Source of the DNA: Octopus sinensis
Lineage: Eukaryota
Reading direction: 5' to 3'
Assembly (NCBI RefSeq): GCF_006345805.1
Contig: NC_043003.1
Coordinates: 113,150,001 to 113,214,000, forward strand
DNA: 64,000 bases
The notes under the pieces were generated by a model. That model was not told where the DNA came from. It ran no database searches and was given only the letters and a program-made list of their open reading frames with translations. Of this stretch, positions 27,469-38,044 are shown piece by piece (positions within the stretch are counted from its first letter, which is position 1; every line of letters starts with the position of its first letter). Made by a program: the position numbers and the translations under genes.

Positions 27469-30400
27469 TCACAGGCGAAACCTGAGAACTGGTCCATTTA
27501 TACAGGCCAGTCTCGCACAATTCACCCACCTTTCATAAAACTTGCTATCGGACAGCACTTTCCTCTCTAACCTCATCTTCCTTTTCAAGTGAAACTTGAA
27601 AAAGTTGATGAGGCCTTGACCAAAGAGGAAAGTGTCTGACTTTAGCCCTTTCAAACGAGTCCACCACACGACTTCTTTCGCCACAGCCACAAGGCACAAG
27701 AAAACGGCCTCGCCCTCCTTGTTAAAGGAGGTCGGCGGGGCAATCTTCACTATGGATTCGGCCGATAGTCGGATCCGTCCTACACGTGACAGTAGCTGTT
27801 CGACATAAACCCATATTTCAGCAATACTCGGGCACTGGACGAGTGCGTGCAGAACGGTTTCGTCGTCCTGGCAACACCTCGGGCAGGCCCGGCTGACGGC
27901 ACTTCCGTGCCGGTAGAGTTTATCTCGAACAGGCAGAGCCCCTCGGTAGCACTGCCAGGCGAGAGACCTCTGGAAATTATCCATCGGCCCCGGCCCGAAA
28001 GTCCTCCCGAACAGACCGCTCAGTTCGTCGTCTTCAACGCCTAGAGTTTCCCCGAGAACGTCGTCGCATTTTTCCTCCACTAACCCTCTATAGAAAGCTA
28101 GAGTGGAGCTGTAACCGACCGCATTGCCCGCCTGGCGGAGGGCGGAGAGGGCTTGACGGCACTCGAGGTGCCAAGCGCCCTTTCTCGGTCTACGTTTGAT
28201 CCAGGTCTGCAGCTCCGTCAAAGAGACGAGCTGCGGAAAATCGCGTCTGACAAAAGACGACCACACCTGTTCACCGTCTAGGAAGCGCTTGAGATGCCGC
28301 AGCCTGAGCGCATGTCTGCGCAACAGCAACCACGGCATTCCAAGGCCTCCGTTCAGCGGTCGTTGACAGCAGATGGATCGCCTGACCAGTGGCACCTGAC
28401 CCTTCCACAAAAAGTCGAAGAGCAGGCGTACCAGCTTGGCCAACCAGCGGTCGGGACAAGGGACGACGGTCAAGCGGTAATAGATGACGGATGCGATGTA
28501 CGCATTCGCCACCTCCGCTCGACCTTTCAGGGACAGCTTCCTCTCGGCCCATTTCTGGGTGAGACGTGCCACCCTGCTCGTCACCTCTTCCCAGTTCTTA
28601 TCCACCTGGAGGTCCGGACCGAACCAGACCCCGAGCAGTTTAACGGGTCCGTCTGTCCAGCGCCCTACGACGCTGTTGGACGGCATGGGCTTGCCTCTCC
28701 AGGTGCCCAGTTGCAAGCCCACAGACTTTTCCGCGTTAATCTTTGCCCCTGTCACCGCTTCGTACTGGTTTAGCGTCTCGCCAATCAGGCCAATGTGCCT
28801 GTGGCTCGACACCACCACGGTGACGTCGTCGGCATAAGCAGACACGCTGTTTCCGCCTCCTAGATCGCGCGGGATGCCCCTCAAAGCCTCCAACTTGCGC
28901 AGTAATGGCTCGAGAGTCAAAATGTACAAGAGGGAGGAGAGAGGGCATCCTTGGCGGACCGAACGCGAGATGTCGAACGGTTCCGAAAGGTGACCGTTCA
29001 CCCGTATCACCGAGCAGATGTTGCTGTATAAAGCAGCGATCCACCCGCGGAAGACTGGACCGAAGCCGGCTGCCTTGAGGACAGCTGCCAGGTACCGATG
29101 GTCGACCCTATCGAAGGCTTTACTCTGATCCAAGTTGATCAAAGCCCCACCCGCGCCAGCGTCGTTACCCACCCTCTCTATGATGTAGCGCATGAGATGG
29201 AGGTTGTCGTGTATCGACCTGGTCGGCACGGCGCATGTCTGCGTCCCGCCGACCAGCTTGTCCACGACAAGCGCCAATCTCTTGGCTAGCACCTTGGCCA
29301 AAATCTTCAACTCTGCATTGAGCAGAGTGATGGGCCGGAAATTCCCTATAACGTCCCCCTTGTTTGGGTCCTTCTTTAGCAAAGCCACCACCCCTCGACA
29401 GACAAAAGCAGGAATTCTCCCGTTTTGCTGCCAGTTGCAGTAGACGTTTGCCAACAGGTCCGCAAACAAGTCTGGCATTGAAAAGTAAAGCTCGTAGGGC
29501 AGACCATCCAAACCCGGCGATCTACCTCTCGTGCAACTCTTCATCGCTTCCTGTACTTCCCAGGCAGATATCGGTCCTTCGCAGCACTCTGCCTCGCTGT
29601 CCGAGAGTTGCGGCAGTCCGTCCAGGTACACACCGAAGTCTGTACCGTTGGTGTCCGTTCCACCGCTCGTCCCAAACAGTTGAGCAAAGTGCCGCTGAAG
29701 CACCGTACACATCTGCTTCGGTTGGGTAACCTCGCGCCCGTTCTGGTCCACCAAAGACCGAATGGTTGCTCTGTTGCCTCGCTTCGCCTCCGCCACGCGG
29801 GCCCATCGAGCGGCTCTAGTCCCCTCCCCGCTTAGCGAACGTGCCTTAGCTCTGACAACGCAGCCTTCGTGTTTGGCGTCGAAGTGTTGGTCGAGGGCCA
29901 ACCTTGCCGCCAACACGTCGGTCGCGATGCCAGTGTCAAGAGCCTCGTCTAGTTTCTTAACTAAATCCCGCTCTCTCTTCCTACGTTCAATAGCTAGAGT
30001 CTTACTATACCTAATCGACTCTACTCTAATTGCTCTCTTGAGGGCAAACCACCAGTTGTTGTTGATGATTGCCCCCGTGAGCGCCCGCTTAACTAGTAAA
30101 CTAATCCGGTCTCTGTAAGCTTTGCACGCCGTTAACGACGCGTTCAGCTTCCAGTAGCCGGGTCCCTGTCTATGTAGCCTATCTAAGTCGACCGTACAGA
30201 TCACTAATTTGTGGTCCGTATATTCGACTAGGTGGAATTGTGGACACCCTACGCTGTCCTTATCCGCTGGCCTACAAAACACTCTATCTAAGTACGATCT
30301 AGACGACCCGATGCGGTTTGTCCAAGTCCACATTGGCACATTCGGGTTGTCTAGTCGAAACCTGTCGGACAGCTGAAAGCGGCCGAGTAGGTTGGCGAGG

Positions 30401-30903
30401 CTCTTGCACCCTCCCCCTCTCCTATCAGACGCTCCCCTGCCCACCCGATCGAAACGTTCGTCTAAGACAGCGTTCCAATCCCCAACTAGTACTAGAGTGC
30501 GTGACGTTCCCAGGAAAACTTCCAGACGTTTGAAATAATCCGACTGCCCTGCTCCTGTCGGAGCGTAGGCAGCCAGCAGTCTGAAAGCACCGCCGTCACT
30601 ACCGTCCACGTCGAGGACCACCAACTTACCTTCCGGATCCAAGAAGACTGTCCTTATTTTCAGGTCCAGGCCCTTCCGAAACAACACCGCAGTACCACCA
30701 CCGCCCGCTCCCGGCCGACACGGAGATAGAAATATCTCGTATCCGCCGAAAAGGGCTGCGAGTTCCTGCGGGTCGGAGAGCCTGGTTTCACTGATGGCTG
30801 CTACATCCACATCATGAAACCTCAGGTCGTTTAACAGGTGACCCTGTTTCCAAGGTGACCCGAGGCCTCTCACATTCAAGCAACCGATTCTAAGATTTGC
30901 CAT
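27469..30903 (-). CDS. LINE ORF2: APE endonuclease + reverse transcriptase + C-terminal zinc finger (1144 aa, uninterrupted)
   Basis: APE: CLNVRGL, ISETRL, YAP, GDWNA, YLDRVF, TDHKLV. RT: SPGLDGL, FRPITLLN, DQSKAFDRVDH, RQGCPLS, YADDV, KLLGVWF. Zinc finger: CPRC..DETVLHALVQC. WKLN/LSLKGR motifs fit L1/Tx1. Confidence 0.97.
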   Translation of the reverse strand: MANLRIGCLNVRGLGSPWKQGHLLNDLRFHDVDVAAISETRLSDPQELAALFGGYEIFLSPCRPGAGGGGTAVLFRKGLDLKIRTVFLDPEGKLVVLDVDGSDGGAFRLLAAYAPTGAGQSDYFKRLEVFLGTSRTLVLVGDWNAVLDERFDRVGRGASDRRGGGCKSLANLLGRFQLSDRFRLDNPNVPMWTWTNRIGSSRSYLDRVFCRPADKDSVGCPQFHLVEYTDHKLVICTVDLDRLHRQGPGYWKLNASLTACKAYRDRISLLVKRALTGAIINNNWWFALKRAIRVESIRYSKTLAIERRKRERDLVKKLDEALDTGIATDVLAARLALDQHFDAKHEGCVVRAKARSLSGEGTRAARWARVAEAKRGNRATIRSLVDQNGREVTQPKQMCTVLQRHFAQLFGTSGGTDTNGTDFGVYLDGLPQLSDSEAECCEGPISAWEVQEAMKSCTRGRSPGLDGLPYELYFSMPDLFADLLANVYCNWQQNGRIPAFVCRGVVALLKKDPNKGDVIGNFRPITLLNAELKILAKVLAKRLALVVDKLVGGTQTCAVPTRSIHDNLHLMRYIIERVGNDAGAGGALINLDQSKAFDRVDHRYLAAVLKAAGFGPVFRGWIAALYSNICSVIRVNGHLSEPFDISRSVRQGCPLSSLLYILTLEPLLRKLEALRGIPRDLGGGNSVSAYADDVTVVVSSHRHIGLIGETLNQYEAVTGAKINAEKSVGLQLGTWRGKPMPSNSVVGRWTDGPVKLLGVWFGPDLQVDKNWEEVTSRVARLTQKWAERKLSLKGRAEVANAYIASVIYYRLTVVPCPDRWLAKLVRLLFDFLWKGQVPLVRRSICCQRPLNGGLGMPWLLLRRHALRLRHLKRFLDGEQVWSSFVRRDFPQLVSLTELQTWIKRRPRKGAWHLECRQALSALRQAGNAVGYSSTLAFYRGLVEEKCDDVLGETLGVEDDELSGLFGRTFGPGPMDNFQRSLAWQCYRGALPVRDKLYRHGSAVSRACPRCCQDDETVLHALVQCPSIAEIWVYVEQLLSRVGRIRLSAESIVKIAPPTSFNKEGEAVFLCLVAVAKEVVWWTRLKGLKSDTFLFGQGLINFFKFHLKRKMRLERKVLSDSKFYERWVNCARLACINGPVLRFRL

Positions 30904-31090
30904 GTTTCAAAAGTTAGGAAAAAAAAAGGAGAAAAAAGGCTCTACTTACTGTTGTTGGTGGTGGGGGTGGCTCCCTTGTGCTTTTGCACGGGTGCTTAAT
31001 AATATTTTGTAAAGTTTCTGAGAGAAACTTTCCCTAACGATCCCACATCGTTAGGGAATATTTGTTTTATTTCGTTGTAAACTGTTTTGT

Positions 31091-31760
31091 TTATTTTAAT
31101 TGTGAGAATGTGTGCTGGTGGTGTGTGTGTGTAGGTATTATGAAATCTGTAATGTTTGTGCTTGTTTTGTTTTTCAAATACTCAACCAGTTCCTGGTTTC
31201 TTGTATTCACTGCTGTAATCGTGTCTGTAATTGTGTCTGTGTTTGTTTGTGTCTGTGGTAGTGGCAGTAGTGGTGTCGAAAGTGTTGTTGTTGTTGTTTG
31301 TTGTTGTGCGTGTGTGTTGTTGTTGATGTTGTTGTTGATGTTGGGAAGTACTGTTTGTTCGTGCTTCCCCTGTAAATCTTTTTGTTTTTTCCTCCTTTTC
31401 TTTTTTGGAGGTACTATGTTCCATTCTCCTTTGTTGGAATCGGAGCTCGCACAATCCGAGATCTCTTCATCCGGCAAAGGAATGGTTGAGGGGTCTGCTT
31501 CAGTAGCAGGACGAAAAGTTTCTGGTTCCACCGGTATCGGTGGTGCCGCTGCTCCTGTTACTGTTGATGTCGCTGCTGTCGACCTTCGAGGTACTGGTGT
31601 CGGTGTTGGTTTGGTGGTGGTTGTCGGTGTTGGTTTGGTGGTGGTTGTTGTTGTTGGAGGTGGTGTTGCTCGTCTTGGTGCTGGTGTTGGTGATGGTGTT
31701 GGTGGTGTGGCATCCTTTGGTGTTTCTTGCTGTTTTTGTTGTTTCTGTTGTTGTTGCTTG

Positions 31761-31809
<49 letters not shown>

Positions 31810-32641
31810 GCTGCTGCTGCCTCTTGCTATATTCCTCCATTCTCTTTTTTTGAATGGGGCAGTCCCTTTTTAGGTGGCTTTCGCTACTGCAGAGGAAACA
31901 TTTTGGCTTTCGCCCCTCTACAATAACATTTAGCCTTGTCCCATCCAGCAAGATGACAAAGTCAGGTATGGCATTGATGTTTTCCTGCTGGATCTGTACC
32001 AGCAGTTGAATGCCCATGCCTGACCAGTTCTTTTCTCGTACCCTCCGAACATTCAGAATAGTGGCATTGTCCTCTATGCCATAGAGGACAGCCGCCACTA
32101 GCCATGAGATTTTCTGTTCGGGGGGTATTGTGCTTATAGTTATTTTTGTACCTACGCCCGAGGTACGTCGGGACGAGGAACAAATGTTCATTTTGCAAGG
32201 GCGAAATGGCGTTCGCCCTTGCAAGCTCCTCTGTTGGGAAGCGAACCTCCACGGTTCCAAATCGCTTCCCTCTTGTCACATAGCTCTTCTGGCCCCAAAT
32301 GGGCTTCAGAGCCATCTCTAACTGTTGTGGTGTGGCGTTAAACAATCTTTTAGTTTTCTTTTCGAAGACTTTATAAAAGATTGTTCTTTTGTTTGTCTCT
32401 TGTGTGAGTTGTTGAGGTGTGTTGAGGAAAACACTGTTCCCCTCCTTTCTCAACAAATCTTGTGCCATCTTTATGTCCTCCATCGTTATTTCTACATCTT
32501 CCGAAATTTGCTTCGCAGCAGAAGCAAAATCGTTAGAGTTTTTAACATTTTTTTGTTGGTTCTTGTCTGTATTTTTGTCTGCTATAAGTTTCTTTTCCTC
32601 CCTCTTCGGTACAGCATCACTTGTTGAAGGCAGAGGAGGGA
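31091..32641 (-). pseudogene. Tx1 ORF1 (gag-like nucleic-acid-binding protein), frameshifted
   Basis: Frame A (...FGTVEVRFPTEELA...FLVPTYLGRR) switches at ~32150 to frame B (TKITISTIPPE...VEGRKPKCFLCSSESHLKRDCP = C-X2-C-X4-H-X4-C), then poly-Q and Pro/Thr-rich tail. Confidence 0.85.
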
Positions 32642-32776
32642 AATCAAGATAAGAACAACAATAATAATAATAATAATAACAATAAGAACAACAACAATGA
32701 TAATAATAACAATAATAATAATAATAATAATAACAACAATAATAATAGTAATAGTAATAATAATAACAACAACAAT

Positions 32777-33173
32777 TTTTTTTTTTTTGGAAGGAAGCAC
32801 TCTGTCGGTTACGACGACGAGGGTTCCGGTTGATCCGAATCAACGGAACTGCCTGCTCGTGAAATTAACGTGTAAGTGGCTGAGCACTCCACCGACACGT
32901 GTACCCTTAACGTAGTTCTCGGGGATATTCAGCGTGACACAGAGAGTGACAAGGCCGGCCCTTTGAAATACAGGTACAACAGAAACAGGAAGTAAGAGTG
33001 AGAGAAAGTTGTGGTGAAAGAGTACAGCAGGGATCACCACCATCCCCTGCCGGAGCCTCGTGGAGCTTAGGTGTTTTCGCTCAATAAACACTCACAACGC
33101 CCGGTCTGGGAATCGAAACCGCGATCCTATGACCGCGAGTCCGCTGCCCTAACCCCTGGGCCATTGCGCCTCC
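32777..33173 (-). mobile_element. tRNA-derived SINE, family A, with poly(A) tail
   Basis: Near-identical to 4799-5188; flanked by AACAACAACAAT (32765-32776, 33174-33185). Confidence 0.92.
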
Positions 33174-33221
33174 AACAACAACAATAATAATAATAATGAT
33201 AATAATAAAATTCTTCTTCTT

Positions 33222-33375
33222 CTTCCGTGCTGATATCAGAAAAGAGTTCGGACTGAAAAAGTGTTGTGTGTTAGTCTTGAATAGAGGCAAATTTAAATGT
33301 ATGGATGGGCTAGCGATACTGTCGGGGGGGGGAGGTTATGAAGCAGGCAGAAGAGACAAGCTATAAGTACTTTCC
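33222..33375 (+). pseudogene. Short Dong/R4 RT fragment
   Basis: DIRKEFGLKKCCVLVLNRGKF...SYKY, directly after an (AAT)n run. Confidence 0.65.
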
Positions 33376-33903
33376 TAGACAAACCTCACCCCTGTGGCGG
33401 ATCACTCAGACATGTCGTGAAATGAAGTTGAAAAGAAATGCTTGATATGGCTGAAATGTCGAATAGCAACAAAACGGGAACAGAGAAAGCATTATGGGAA
33501 ATATGGTGGGAGGTTTGAAGAGGCGCCTGTGTGTGTGTGGTGAGGAATACATCTGATCAACGAGACACCAGCCCCGCTTCGAACAGCAGCTAACACCATC
33601 CTCCTCTTCCACTTCCTCCTCTTCTTCCTCATGATGATCATCATCATCAACATCATCATCACAGACACCAATGATATTACAAACTCAGGCAGGGCGCAAC
33701 TCACAACGCCACCAGGGGCCAGGACATTGCCACCGCATGAGCAGAAAACAAAATCATTAACTGCACGATTGGAGGCAAAGAATAAGAAATTAATGATTCA
33801 AACACATTTATCAACATCCAAACAATACAGACGAAATGTGCACCAGAAAAGCAAATAACAGAATAACATTCATAAAAATTAATCAAAACAGCACAAAACA
33901 CAA

Positions 33904-33940
<37 letters not shown>

Positions 33941-34320
33941 CTTGACCGGTTCTTTGTATTATGGAGATTGACAAAGTACCAGTCAAGTGATGCGACCGGT
34001 TTAAGTGACTAAACTCTTCTTTAAGTTTTCCTCGTTGTGTTTTTATTAGTAATAGTTGTATTCACGTTTAACTTGAAGCTTGGAAAATGAGCAGAAAATA
34101 ACATTTAAGGTGTTATGCCCAAATTCGAAATCAAAATTTAAATATTATATTGCTTGGTATTTGTTCATATTTGTTAAATAATTTTTCATGGTTTAAAATT
34201 ATCTATAGTTCTCTTGAAAAATACTAATTCTTAACTTTAGTCATAAATAAGTAGTTAAAGCCACAAGAATGTTTAATATTTCAGCGTATTTTGGAAACAG
34301 GAATAAATCATTAAAGAAAA

Positions 34321-34660
34321 ATATTTTGTTGTATCTCGGGAGGTTCATAATACCAATAAGAAACACACACACACTGGTTCTATTTCACTTTTTTTTATTA
34401 TCATTATTAGTTAAATAGTTAACAATTTAACTAAATAATTAATCGATTGATTTATCAATTGATTAAGGTCATAAGAACCTTTCTATCGCCGTTCGTGATA
34501 TCTGCCGAGTATTTTGATTGATAAGTGATTGATTAATCAAACAATGAATTATTCGATTGGTTAAATGGTTAACTATTTGACTAATGAATATGAAAGAAAT
34601 CAAATAAACCAGTGTGTGTGTTTATTGGTGTAACGACCCACCCGAGATACAATAAAATAT
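34321..34660. mobile_element. Diverged foldback (palindromic) MITE-like element
   Basis: ATATTTTGTTGTATCTCGGG pairs with CCCGAGATACAATAAAATAT (19/20); further inner arm segments ACACACACACTGGTT/AACCAGTGTGTGTGT and TAGTTAAATAGTTAAC/GTTAACTATTTGACTA. Confidence 0.7.
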
Positions 34661-35068
34661 GTTCAATAAGCGTTCAATTCAAGAATCTTGCAAACCAAAT
34701 AGGAAAACGAAATATTTCAAGTGAGTTTTTTTATCGCCTCTGATCCTATTAATTCAGCTTTAGTATTTCTTACCAAGGGAAGGCAACGAGTTGAACAGTT
34801 AAAAGTAAAAACAAAAATCCATATCTAAAATCTGATGCTCAAATACGATGGACATTTGAAAATTGCGACATCCATCTTGGCTTACATGGCCAAGGGATTT
34901 CAGAAAACCACTTTTAAGGTTTGTAAACTGATCAGGTTTATAAAAGATAAGGAATGCTTCCTAGTAAAAAAGTTTGACATTTTCACTATAAACAATGCGT
35001 TAATGTGAATGGGTGTTCCAATGATAAATTTAAGAAATTATATTGATGCTCGTTACCAAACAAACTTC

Positions 35069-35519
35069 GGATCTTTTCGGTTTGAACGGCAGTTTTTTCT
35101 AGCGGTGTTATATGAAATTGTCACCCATAATTATGACCCTGGTATCGATCTATTGCATTTCAATCTGTTTTAGAGTTAGGGTGAGTTAGGGGTAAGGGTA
35201 TCTTTTTTTTTCATAAATGTAAATAAACCCAATCTGTTTCTTAAACGAGGGACATATTCATACGGCACAGAATGTTTTTTTTACCTCAATAGACGTCATT
35301 GATTGGTTGAAATTTCAGAAATTGCAGAAAACAACAAATATCTTACAAACTATAGAATTTTCTCAATAAAGCCAAGAGAAAAAGATGTTTTATAAACACA
35401 TTCTACCAGTATACGAAGTTTATATTTTAGTTACCTAGAAATTACGTTAGAAACTGCCGTTCAATTTTTTAGTTACCTAGAAATTATGTTAGAAACTGCC
35501 GTTCAAATCGAAGAGATCC
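35069..35519 (+). mobile_element. MITE with TIRs and 8-bp TSD (Merlin-like)
   Basis: GGATCTTTTCGGTTTGAACGGCAGTTTT...AAACTGCCGTTCAAATCGAAGAGATCC; TSD CAAACTTC at 35061-35068 and 35520-35527; subterminal ~40-bp tandem duplication. Confidence 0.92.
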
Positions 35520-36156
35520 CAAACTTCTAGTTATTTATTAAGCAACAACGAGCATTAAAGCACGAAAAATAGTCTCATGATTAATGTTATACACGAGTTT
35601 GGTTGCATGGCTCGGGAAACTACAGTGACTTCGAGAAATGCATTCTGAAAACACCCTGTTTTGTCGATTATCGCTTATGATCGGCTTTGGTAGTTGTTCT
35701 TTGTATTTGGTCTCTGGTGCGCATCATTAATCCCTTATTATAGTTTGACAGTTCAGTCATTAACCATGTAGATGTCACTCAATTTATAAGACCAGGCTTT
35801 AGGGAGTTAGGCATTACACAAAGAATGGCAAAGGAGGACAGAACAGTTTCGAAAAGCAATCTAAGAATTAAGAGAATTGAATCAGTTACTAAAGTAACTG
35901 AAACTGACAACAATTATGGTGGAATTCTTGACGGTGATGATGATGATGATGATGATGATGATGGTGACGACGAAGGCGACGATGTCGTTAGTGCTGCTGC
36001 TGCTACAGTATTAATAACAATGAGGATTATGAGGAGAAAGAGGTAGAACAGAGATTTGTCAACAGTAATAATCTCACCAAAGGCCCTCGTTTTTTTTTAT
36101 CATTGTCCAAACTATTGTTACATTGTTGACGGCTGTAGCAGCAACAGTGGTGATAC

Positions 36157-36204
<48 letters not shown>

Positions 36205-36304
36205 CAGCATTAGTAGTAGTAGTAGTAGTAGTACTAGTAGTAGTAGTAGTAGTAGTAGTAGCATCAGTATTATCAGAAGCAGTAGTACTGCCAGCAGCAG
36301 CAGC

Positions 36305-36336
<32 letters not shown>

Positions 36337-36691
36337 CAGCAGCAGCAGTGATGCTGGCGATAATTGCTAATTGCCTTATTGTCTTCAAGTTATGCTGTAA
36401 AATTGATCCGTCTAAAGCCGATGTGGTTGATATGATATATTTATTCATTGATCTGTCATCTCAGCTGAAATATTTTTATGCCAGCAACCACAAAAAAATA
36501 GACAACAACTACAACAACACACAAATAATAAAACTCCAGAAAAAACAATCCTCCATACAAAATAACAAGAAGTTTGAGGGAGAAGTTTCAAACAATATAA
36601 TTATCCAATAATTTTATTATTCCCAGAGTCGTCACATCACTGAAAACTCAGTCTTTGAATTCACTTGTGCCGCATTATTATTAATATTGTT

Positions 36692-36912
36692 AAGGCGGCG
36701 AGCAGTCAGAATTGCCAACGCTTCTGGCATGATTAGCGGTTTTTCTTCCGGTTCTTTACGTTCTGAACTTAAATTCGGTAGGGGGTCAACCTTATCTTTC
36801 ATCCTTTTGGGGGACGATACAATAAAAGGACCAGTCAAGCGATTGAATCAATTTATTCAACTTGCCCCCCTCTCCTCGAAAATACCGGCCTTGTGCCAAG
36901 ATTAGAAAGATT
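36692..36912 (+). mobile_element. SINE family B (diverged, tail type 2)
   Basis: GGCGGCGAG head, CTTTCATCCTTTTGGGG central domain, tail GGCCTTGTGCCAAG. Confidence 0.75.
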
Positions 36913-37399
36913 TAATTTTAACAATATCTGGTTATAGATATAAATAGCATGATGTAGATATTACCAAATGTGTCAACTAACCGAATTCATTAGGATATTG
37001 TTCTGAAGCTGCAATGTCACCATTAAAAGCTCACATCCCAATGCAAACTTAACTTTTCTCAAACTTCTCGCTCACTTGCCAAAAGCAGTCAAATAAACAC
37101 CTCTTCGGGTCAAATACCTCGCAACAACATAAAAAATGGTGACGTTGTTGATGAGGACGTAAAACAAAGCTGTTCCACTAACTTCTAACTTAATGAAATA
37201 ATTCGGTGCTGATGACGCTTGTTGAAAAGAAACACGTGCCCAAGACTGTCCTCTTACCTCTACACAAGAAGCAGCCTGACTTTTTCCATAATCGCATGGA
37301 AACATTGAAAAATCTTTGATTGTTGAAATTGTCTCCTTTTACCTATGGCTCATATGGAGCTACATTCAACCGCCATTTGCTAACTGTGACACATCAAGA

Positions 37400-37630
37400 G
37401 GCGGTGAGCTGGCAGAAACGTTAGCACACCGGGCGAAATGCCTAGCAGTATTTCGTCTGCCGCTACGTTCTGAGTTCAAATTCCGCCGAGGTCGATTTTT
37501 GCCTTTCATCCTTTTGGGGTCTATTAAATAAGTACCAGTTACGCACTGGGGTCAATGTAATCGACTTAATCCGTTTGTCTGTAATTGTTTGTCCCCTCTA
37601 TGTTTAGCCCCTTGTGGGCAATAAAGAAGT
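37400..37630 (+). mobile_element. SINE family B (tail type 1, Tx1-like)
   Basis: GGCGGTGAGCTGGCAGAA head, GAGTTCAAATTCC B-box, GCCTTTCATCCTTTTGGGGTC..AAATAAGTACCAG domain, tail TTAGCCCCTTGTGGGCAATAAAGAA. Possible TSD ACATCAAGA (37391-37399, 37640-37648). Confidence 0.88.
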
Positions 37631-38044
37631 TAGAGGCGGACATCAAGAATATATGTTTTATCATATTTGATATACCTGTATGCGTGCATGTTCTCCATAT
37701 TCATGGCACTGGCTACTCTCAGATATTTGTCTTAACTCATTTTTTATTAGATTTGTGTAAATATGTTCATACATACATATCATGTACTTATACATATCAT
37801 GTATATACGCAAGTGCATACATGCAACCGGATGCTTACATACATTGCATAGACGTCGATTACTGCAAATACGATATCATGAACACATGTAAAGAAAGCGG
37901 GAAAGACGGTGGGGAAAGATATAATGTGAGTGCAAGATGGTTGCCAATTTCACTATACACTTTATATCACTTCACAAACTTATTTTACGTTCCAACGTGT
38001 AATTTCATAACTCTTATCAACCTACATTCACGTTTATGTCTCAT

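Larger units (their letters stand above)
27192..32641 (-). mobile_element. Near full-length Tx1-clade (L1 group) non-LTR retrotransposon
   Basis: ORF1 with CCHC knuckle, intact ORF2, 3' UTR ending in hairpin + AATAAA + short A-rich tail. Putative 6-bp TSD AATCAA (27186-27191, 32642-32647). Both flanks carry the same AAGAACAACAATAATAA microsatellite. Confidence 0.93.

Noticed and set aside
31062-31853. 263-aa plus-strand ORF
   Set aside because: Antisense shadow of the low-complexity Tx1 ORF1 tail.
35765-35870. Possible RTE LINE C-terminal fragment (GITQRMAKEDRTV)
   Set aside because: Too short to call.
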